64,000 bases of DNA from an uncultured OCS116 cluster bacterium. GTDB lineage: Bacteria; Pseudomonadota; Alphaproteobacteria; Rhizobiales; TMED25. The translations under genes and the position numbers were made by a program. Below, in pieces: positions 58,177-64,000 of this stretch. Under the pieces are notes generated by a model. That model ran no database searches. It was given only the letters and a program-made list of their open reading frames with translations, and was not told the DNA's origin. Positions within the stretch are counted from its first letter, which is position 1, and every line of letters starts with the position of its first letter. The stretch spans positions 42,087 through 106,086 of the forward strand of contig CACMIP010000001.1 of NCBI GenBank assembly GCA_902613795.1, written 5' to 3'.

Positions 58177-61100
58177 ATGAAAATAGATAGATGTTTCACA
58201 AAAGAGAATGAATCCCCATACACACAAATTGAATTTACCAAAACATCAAGTCAAATAAAGAATCCAGATGGCTCTATTGTATTTAAGCTTGATGATATTG
58301 AAGTACCCAAAAACTGGAGCCAAGTTGCCGCAGATATTATTGCCCAAAAGTATTTTCGAAGGGCTGGTGTACCGCAGTCTCTAAAAAAAGTTGAAGAAAA
58401 TGATGTCCCTAGTTGGTTATGGAGAAGCGTTCCGGATTCAGATGAGACTGAAATGGGTTCAGAAACAAGCTCTAAACAAGTATTTGATAGGTTAGCGGGA
58501 ACCTGGACTTATTGGGGTTGGAAAGGTAATTATTTTGATACGGAAATTGATGCTAAAAACTATTTTGACGAGCTCAGATATATTCTTGCAAGCCAAATGT
58601 GTGCACCAAATAGCCCGCAATGGTTCAATACTGGATTGCATTGGGCATATGGTATAGATGGACCTGGACAAGGTCATCACTACGTAGATTATAAAACAAA
58701 AAAATTAACCAAATCAACATCTGCTTATGAGCATCCTCAACCGCATGCTTGCTTCATTCAATCTATTCAAGATGACCTGGTTAACGAAGGTGGAATTATG
58801 GATCTATGGACAAGAGAAGCTAGACTCTTCAAATACGGCTCCGGTACTGGTTCAAATTTCTCAAAAATTAGAGGAGATGGAGAGGGGCTATCAGGTGGTG
58901 GTAAATCATCCGGATTAATGAGCTTTTTAAAAATTGGTGACAGATCAGCAGGCGCTATAAAATCAGGTGGAACAACGAGGCGTGCCGCAAAAATGGTTGT
59001 GGTTGACATTGATCACCCGGATGTCGAAGAATTTATAGACTGGAAAGTAAAGGAGGAGAAGAAAGTTGCTGCTCTTGTAACGGGATCAAAAATATGTGCA
59101 AAACATCTAAATTTAATTCTTAAAGCTTGTGTCAATTGTGAAGGCTCTGAGAAAGATTGTTTTGATCCAAAAAAGAATCCTGCACTAAAGAAAGAGATAA
59201 TCAGCGCGAGAAAATTGCAAGTTCCAGAAAATTATATAAAAAGAGCAATTCAATTTGCTGAACAAGGATATACCTCCATGGCCTTCGAAACCTATGATAC
59301 TGACTGGGACTCTGAGGCTTATCTGACTGTCTCAGGTCAAAACTCTAATAATACTGTTCGCTTATCAGATGACTTCATCCATGCGCTAAAAAGTAATAAT
59401 GATTGGCACCTAAGATCTAGAAAAGATAGTTCGCCTGTAAAGACAATTAAAGCGAATGACCTTTGGGAACAAATCGGTTATGCTGCATGGGCTTCAGCTG
59501 ATCCAGGGCTCCAGTTTCATACAACAATAAATGACTGGCATACCTGTCCTGAAGGAGGAGAAATCCGTGCATCAAATCCATGCTCGGAATATATGTTTCT
59601 TGATGATACAGCGTGTAATTTAGCATCAATTAATTTAATTAAGTTCAGAAATAAAGATGGAAGTTTTAAAATTGATGAATTCATTCACACCGTCAGACTA
59701 TGGACGATGGTTCTTGAAATATCAGTCCTAATGGCACAGTTCCCATCAAAGAACATTGCAAAGCTCTCATACGAATATCGCACTTTAGGTCTTGGCTATG
59801 CAAATATTGGCGGTTATTTAATGACAAACGGTATCGCTTATGACTCTGATGAAGGACGTGCAATTTGTGGTGCTATAACAGCATTAATGACGGGAATAGC
59901 ATACAAAACATCCGCAGAAATGGCATCAGAGCTTGGGCCATTCCCTGATTATAAAAGAAATGCAAAACATATGCTCAGGGTAATGTCAAATCACCGTAAC
60001 GCTGCGCATGGTAATACGGATGGCTATGAAGGGCTATCCACAAATCCCGTTCCTCTAAATCATGCCAATATTAAAGAAAAGAATTTGTTAGCTGCAGCAA
60101 CAAAATCTTGGGATGATGCAGTTGAGTTAGGTGAGAAACACGGATATAGAAATGCTCAGACCACAGTGATAGCCCCAACCGGTACAATCGGCTTGGTCAT
60201 GGATTGTGATACAACAGGCATCGAGCCTGATTTCGCACTGGTAAAATTTAAAAAACTGGCCGGGGGTGGCTATTTCAAAATAATTAATAGAGCAGTGCCA
60301 GAGGCATTAAAAACACTTGGCTACGGAGATAATGCAATCAATAACATAGTTGACTACGCTGTTGGTCAAAATACACTGAAAAATGCCCCAGGAATTAACC
60401 ATGAAAAACTAGAAAGTAAAGGTTTTCAAAAAAAACAACTTGATGCCATCGAAGAGCAACTTGAAAATGCATTTGATATTAAGTTTGTATTTAATAAATG
60501 GACTTTAGGTGAAGACTTTTGCAAGGATGTTCTGAAAGTTAGTGCAGAACAGCTTGAGGATTTCTCTTTTGATCTCTTGGAGCATCTTGGATTTAGTGAA
60601 CAAGATAAAATTGATGCCAATATTTACTGCTGTGGAGCCATGACCGTAGAAGGTGCGCCAAGTTTAAAAGATGAGCATTTAAATATTTTTGACTGCGCGA
60701 ATCCCTGCGGTAGAACAGGAAAGCGTGCATTGTCAGTTGATAGTCATATTTTAATGCTATCAGTGGCCCAGCCATTTATATCCGGCGCAATATCCAAGAC
60801 GATTAATATGCCAAATACAGCGTCAGTTGAAGATTGCAAGAACGCTTATTTAAAGTCATGGGAGCTCGGGCTTAAAGCAAATGCACTATACAGAGATGGG
60901 TCAAAATTATCACAACCATTAAACGCCCAGGTACTTGACGAAGAAAGCGATGATGAGGCTGATATAGAACCAGCCGCTGAAAGAACAATTGATAAAATAA
61001 TAGAAATAGCAGAGAGAACGGAAAGGGAAAAGCTGCCTGATAGACGAAAAGGGTATACGCAAAAAGCAGTCGTTGGTGGTCATAAAGTTTATCTAAGAAC

Positions 61101-61785
61101 TGGCGAATATGATGATGGCAGAATAGGTGAAATATTCATTGACATGCATAAGGAAGGTGCAGCATTCCGATCACTAATGAATAATTTTGCAATAGCAATA
61201 TCATTAGGATTACAATATGGTGTTCCACTTGATGAGTATGTCGACTGCTTCACTTTCACAAGGTTTGAACCAGCTGGCTTAGTGCAAGGTAATGACGCGA
61301 TAAAGAATGCTACATCTGTCCTTGATTATATATTCAGAGAGCTCGCGATTTCATATCTTGAAAGAAATGATTTAGCACATGTAGACCCAAGCACAATATC
61401 ACCTGATACCATAGGAAATGCTGAACTTGATCATCCTGCGCCTGCAACAAGATATATAAGTACAGGGTATGGCAGAAGTAAAAATGATAATCTCTTCATT
61501 CTGCCATCGGCCGACTTACAGCTGACAGGAACGAATGATATGTTAACAGCGGCCGCATCCAATGTGAGTATGAGTAATACGGGTATGTCAGAGAGTACAG
61601 AGTCGCAACCAGCTCAAGCAAATGTTGCGACTGATGTGGAGATTGAAAAGAATGACCTGATAACGCAAGCTAGAATTAAAGGCTATGAGGGCGTGGCTTG
61701 CGATGACTGTGGAAACTTCACGATGGTAAGGAATGGAACGTGTCTTAAGTGTGATACGTGTGGTGCTACAAGTGGCTGCAGTTAA
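58177..61785 (+). CDS. nrdJ: Class II (adenosylcobalamin-dependent) ribonucleotide reductase
   Basis: 1202 aa. Active-site region [23 protein letters not shown]. Cys-rich C-terminal tail [28 protein letters not shown] (zinc-ribbon plus terminal Cys pair). Confidence 0.9.
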   Translation: MKIDRCFTKENESPYTQIEFTKTSSQIKNPDGSIVFKLDDIEVPKNWSQVAADIIAQKYFRRAGVPQSLKKVEENDVPSWLWRSVPDSDETEMGSETSSKQVFDRLAGTWTYWGWKGNYFDTEIDAKNYFDELRYILASQMCAPNSPQWFNTGLHWAYGIDGPGQGHHYVDYKTKKLTKSTSAYEHPQPHACFIQSIQDDLVNEGGIMDLWTREARLFKYGSGTGSNFSKIRGDGEGLSGGGKSSGLMSFLKIGDRSAGAIKSGGTTRRAAKMVVVDIDHPDVEEFIDWKVKEEKKVAALVTGSKICAKHLNLILKACVNCEGSEKDCFDPKKNPALKKEIISARKLQVPENYIKRAIQFAEQGYTSMAFETYDTDWDSEAYLTVSGQNSNNTVRLSDDFIHALKSNNDWHLRSRKDSSPVKTIKANDLWEQIGYAAWASADPGLQFHTTINDWHTCPEGGEIRASNPCSEYMFLDDTACNLASINLIKFRNKDGSFKIDEFIHTVRLWTMVLEISVLMAQFPSKNIAKLSYEYRTLGLGYANIGGYLMTNGIAYDSDEGRAICGAITALMTGIAYKTSAEMASELGPFPDYKRNAKHMLRVMSNHRNAAHGNTDGYEGLSTNPVPLNHANIKEKNLLAAATKSWDDAVELGEKHGYRNAQTTVIAPTGTIGLVMDCDTTGIEPDFALVKFKKLAGGGYFKIINRAVPEALKTLGYGDNAINNIVDYAVGQNTLKNAPGINHEKLESKGFQKKQLDAIEEQLENAFDIKFVFNKWTLGEDFCKDVLKVSAEQLEDFSFDLLEHLGFSEQDKIDANIYCCGAMTVEGAPSLKDEHLNIFDCANPCGRTGKRALSVDSHILMLSVAQPFISGAISKTINMPNTASVEDCKNAYLKSWELGLKANALYRDGSKLSQPLNAQVLDEESDDEADIEPAAERTIDKIIEIAERTEREKLPDRRKGYTQKAVVGGHKVYLRTGEYDDGRIGEIFIDMHKEGAAFRSLMNNFAIAISLGLQYGVPLDEYVDCFTFTRFEPAGLVQGNDAIKNATSVLDYIFRELAISYLERNDLAHVDPSTISPDTIGNAELDHPAPATRYISTGYGRSKNDNLFILPSADLQLTGTNDMLTAAASNVSMSNTGMSESTESQPAQANVATDVEIEKNDLITQARIKGYEGVACDDCGNFTMVRNGTCLKCDTCGATSGCS

Positions 61786-62378
61786 GATTGTAGGTATTTA
61801 AGTTGGATCGTATTGGAGTCTAGGCGTATTGTATCACTTTGGTACATCCCGTATTTATTCATGTAATCATCAACTTGTGCGAGCTCTGTGATCCCCTTTA
61901 TCATTTGGATACCCTCTTTTAACTCATAGCTTTCTTTTACAGAAAGATGAAATTCACTGTAGGCAAATTGATCAAATACTAATTGATATACGCCCTGACC
62001 ACCGGCGACAGCAATTTTATTTGGGAAGGTATTGTACTTTAATAGGATTTGACTCATTGAGATATCATTTGGATTAAAAAAACACAGATCATCTCGCATC
62101 TTATATCCATTTATTTGACTCGTTGGAATCAGCCTATTACGTCGATTTTCTGAGAATTTTTCATAACTTGCCCTTCCAATTACTACCAAATCAGAATGAT
62201 TAAGATCCTCTTGGAATAATTCCCAGTCAGAATTAGATCTTAAGTCAGATGGCATTGATCCGCGAGAATCTGCTATATAGCAGTCTGTCGATATGATTGC
62301 ATGGCCGATGACGGTTACATTTTTGTTATTTTTTTTCAATTGATTTAATTGATAATTCAGTAAGCTGAGATGGTTCAA
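61782..62378 (-). CDS. Dihydrofolate-reductase-fold (RibD C-terminal-like) protein
   Basis: [11 protein letters not shown] and [10 protein letters not shown] resemble DHFR-like/RibD_C motifs. The annotated ATG overlaps the aspS 3' end by 53 nt, so the start is uncertain (a TTG at 62339 is possible). Confidence 0.5.
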   Translation of the reverse strand: MNHLSLLNYQLNQLKKNNKNVTVIGHAIISTDCYIADSRGSMPSDLRSNSDWELFQEDLNHSDLVVIGRASYEKFSENRRNRLIPTSQINGYKMRDDLCFFNPNDISMSQILLKYNTFPNKIAVAGGQGVYQLVFDQFAYSEFHLSVKESYELKEGIQMIKGITELAQVDDYMNKYGMYQSDTIRLDSNTIQLKYLQS

Positions 62379-64000
62379 CGCTTGATGGTGCTCCCATTAG
62401 AAGATCCTCAGCTTGTTGATTCATTGGAAACATTGTAACTTCTCTGAGGTTTTCTTCATTAGCTAGGAGCATAACAATCCTATCGATGCCCGGTGCAATA
62501 CCGCCATGAGGTGGAGCTCCAAACTTGAGCGCGTTATACATTCCTGAAAATTTTTCTTCTAAAATTGACTTATCATATCCTGCAATTTCAAATGCCTTTT
62601 CCATTATTTCAGGGACGTGATTCCTAATTGCACCAGATGAAAGCTCTATTCCGTTACACACAATATCATATTGGTATGCCAATACATTTAGCGGATTTTC
62701 TTGAGTTAGACTTTCAAGCCCACCTTGTGGCATTGAGAAAGGATTATGAGAGAATTGATATCCTTTTGATTCGTCATCAAACTCAAACATTGGATAATCT
62801 ACAATCCAGCAAAATTTATAAATCATTGGGTCGATAAGTTCCAATTGCTCACCAATTTTTGCCCGAGCCTTCCCAGCAAAATCGTAAAAGTTTGAGGGCA
62901 CACCACAAACAAAAAAAACAGCATCCTCGTCCTCAAGCATCAGCTCACTTTTTAGTTTCTGCACCTTATCATCACCAATATTCTTTGCAATCGGACCCAT
63001 ACCTCCACCATCTTTGAAAAAGATGTAGCCAAGTCCAGGCTGGCCCTCGCCTTGTGCCCAAGAGTTCATGCGATCACAAAACGCCCTACTTCCACCTTTT
63101 GGTGCAGGGATAGCCCAAACCTCAGCTTTTTCAGACCAATCTCTGCCAGTTGCCGACTTCTCGAGGATATCAGCAAAAATCTTAAAGCCAGATTTTGTAA
63201 ATATATGACTTACATCGGTCATCTCTATTGGTATGCGTAAATCAGGTTTGTCAGATCCATATTTTCTTAATGCGTCCATGTATGGAATTTTTGGAACTAC
63301 TTTATCAACCGTCATGCTACCAGAAAATTCTTCAAAAACGCCTAATAGGACAGGTTCGATAGCATTAAATACATCATCTTGTGTTACAAAGCTCATCTCT
63401 ACATCCAATTGATAAAATTCACCTGGCGATCTATCTGCCCTAGCATCCTCATCTCTGAAGCATGGGGCAATTTGAAAATAGCGATCAAAGCCCGCCATCA
63501 TAATAAGCTGTTTGAATTGCTGTGGCGCTTGAGGTAAGGCGTAAAACTTTCCCGGATGCATCCGCGATGGCACGAGGAAATCCCGTGCCCCTTCCGGGCT
63601 AGAAGCTGTCAGAATTGGTGTTTGGTATTCATTGAAATTAGCATCGAGCATTCTTTTTCTGATTGATTGAATTATTTTTGAGCGCAATACAATATTGTTA
63701 TGTATAGTTTCTCGTCTTAAATCCAGAAACCTATATTTCAATCTAATGTCTTCAGGGTAATCCGGTTCTCCAAAGATAGGTAGTGGCAATTCTTCAGATT
63801 TTGATAGTATCTCAATCTCGTTTATGAAAAGCTCAATATCGCCGGTAGGTAGAGACGAAATCGATTTATCTACATTGATTGTTTCGTCCATTCGAGCTTT
63901 AACTGTCCCTGTTAGACAAACAACCCACTCAGATCTAACTTTTTCAGCGACTGAAAATGCTTCCGTTCCTGGTTCAACAACACATTGAGTAACACCATAA
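62326..64000 (-). CDS. aspS: Aspartate--tRNA ligase (N-terminus beyond the right window edge)
   Basis: Class II motifs ([14 protein letters not shown]-like [30 protein letters not shown]). The reading frame stays open upstream of the track ATG 63891 (…[40 protein letters not shown]…) to position 64000. Confidence 0.9.
   Translation of the reverse strand, partial: YGVTQCVVEPGTEAFSVAEKVRSEWVVCLTGTVKARMDETINVDKSISSLPTGDIELFINEIEILSKSEELPLPIFGEPDYPEDIRLKYRFLDLRRETIHNNIVLRSKIIQSIRKRMLDANFNEYQTPILTASSPEGARDFLVPSRMHPGKFYALPQAPQQFKQLIMMAGFDRYFQIAPCFRDEDARADRSPGEFYQLDVEMSFVTQDDVFNAIEPVLLGVFEEFSGSMTVDKVVPKIPYMDALRKYGSDKPDLRIPIEMTDVSHIFTKSGFKIFADILEKSATGRDWSEKAEVWAIPAPKGGSRAFCDRMNSWAQGEGQPGLGYIFFKDGGGMGPIAKNIGDDKVQKLKSELMLEDEDAVFFVCGVPSNFYDFAGKARAKIGEQLELIDPMIYKFCWIVDYPMFEFDDESKGYQFSHNPFSMPQGGLESLTQENPLNVLAYQYDIVCNGIELSSGAIRNHVPEIMEKAFEIAGYDKSILEEKFSGMYNALKFGAPPHGGIAPGIDRIVMLLANEENLREVTMFPMNQQAEDLLMGAPSSVEPSQLTELSIKSIEKK

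Overview
AT-rich, very gene-dense chromosomal segment. Many start/stop overlaps, several convergent genes share or abut stop codons, and only about a dozen gaps exceed 100 nt. The core-gene synteny is clearly alphaproteobacterial; the exact taxon cannot be determined by eye. It looks like a streamlined free-living lineage.

Gene content, left to right:
- nuoF(partial)-E-D-C-B-A on the minus strand, then a GST-like gene.
- A minus-strand sulfur/thiol cluster: periplasmic rhodanese, YeeE, an unannotated 50-aa Cys peptide, DsbA-like, Sel1-like.
- Aldehyde dehydrogenase, ABC-2 transporter pair, DedA-like protein, a secreted hypothetical, and an orphan Cas4-like PD-(D/E)XK nuclease.
- A colinear block: tRNA-Leu, tig, clpP, clpX, lon, hup, tRNA-Val, tRNA-Asp.
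- glnB-glnA behind a textbook sigma-54 -24/-12 element, then parE.
- A complete Pho cluster, phoR-[arsC-aquaporin]-pstSCAB-phoU-phoB, with three arrays of 11-bp-phased TTGTAAT direct repeats (Pho boxes).
- The alpha-type suf operon (nifS-like-sufBCDS-sufT-sufA).
- Hydrolase, anmK, tyrS, an AsmA-like 1126-aa protein, bcp, and prfB with its programmed +1 frameshift (mis-split by the ORF track).
- A class-A-PBP-like protein whose transpeptidase motifs look degenerate, rne (C-terminal GWW motif), and an M48/TPR protease.
- aroQ-accB-accC, NDUFA12-like-mlaD-DUF2155, class II (B12) RNR nrdJ, a DHFR-fold protein, and aspS (partial).

I recognised no rRNA, CRISPR array, transposase, integrase or phage gene.

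The two leads most worth follow-up are (1) the Pho-box-controlled arsenate-detox pair embedded in the pst locus, and (2) the rhodanese-YeeE-tri-Cys micropeptide-DsbA-Sel1 cluster. All family calls come from motif reading by eye; no searches were run.
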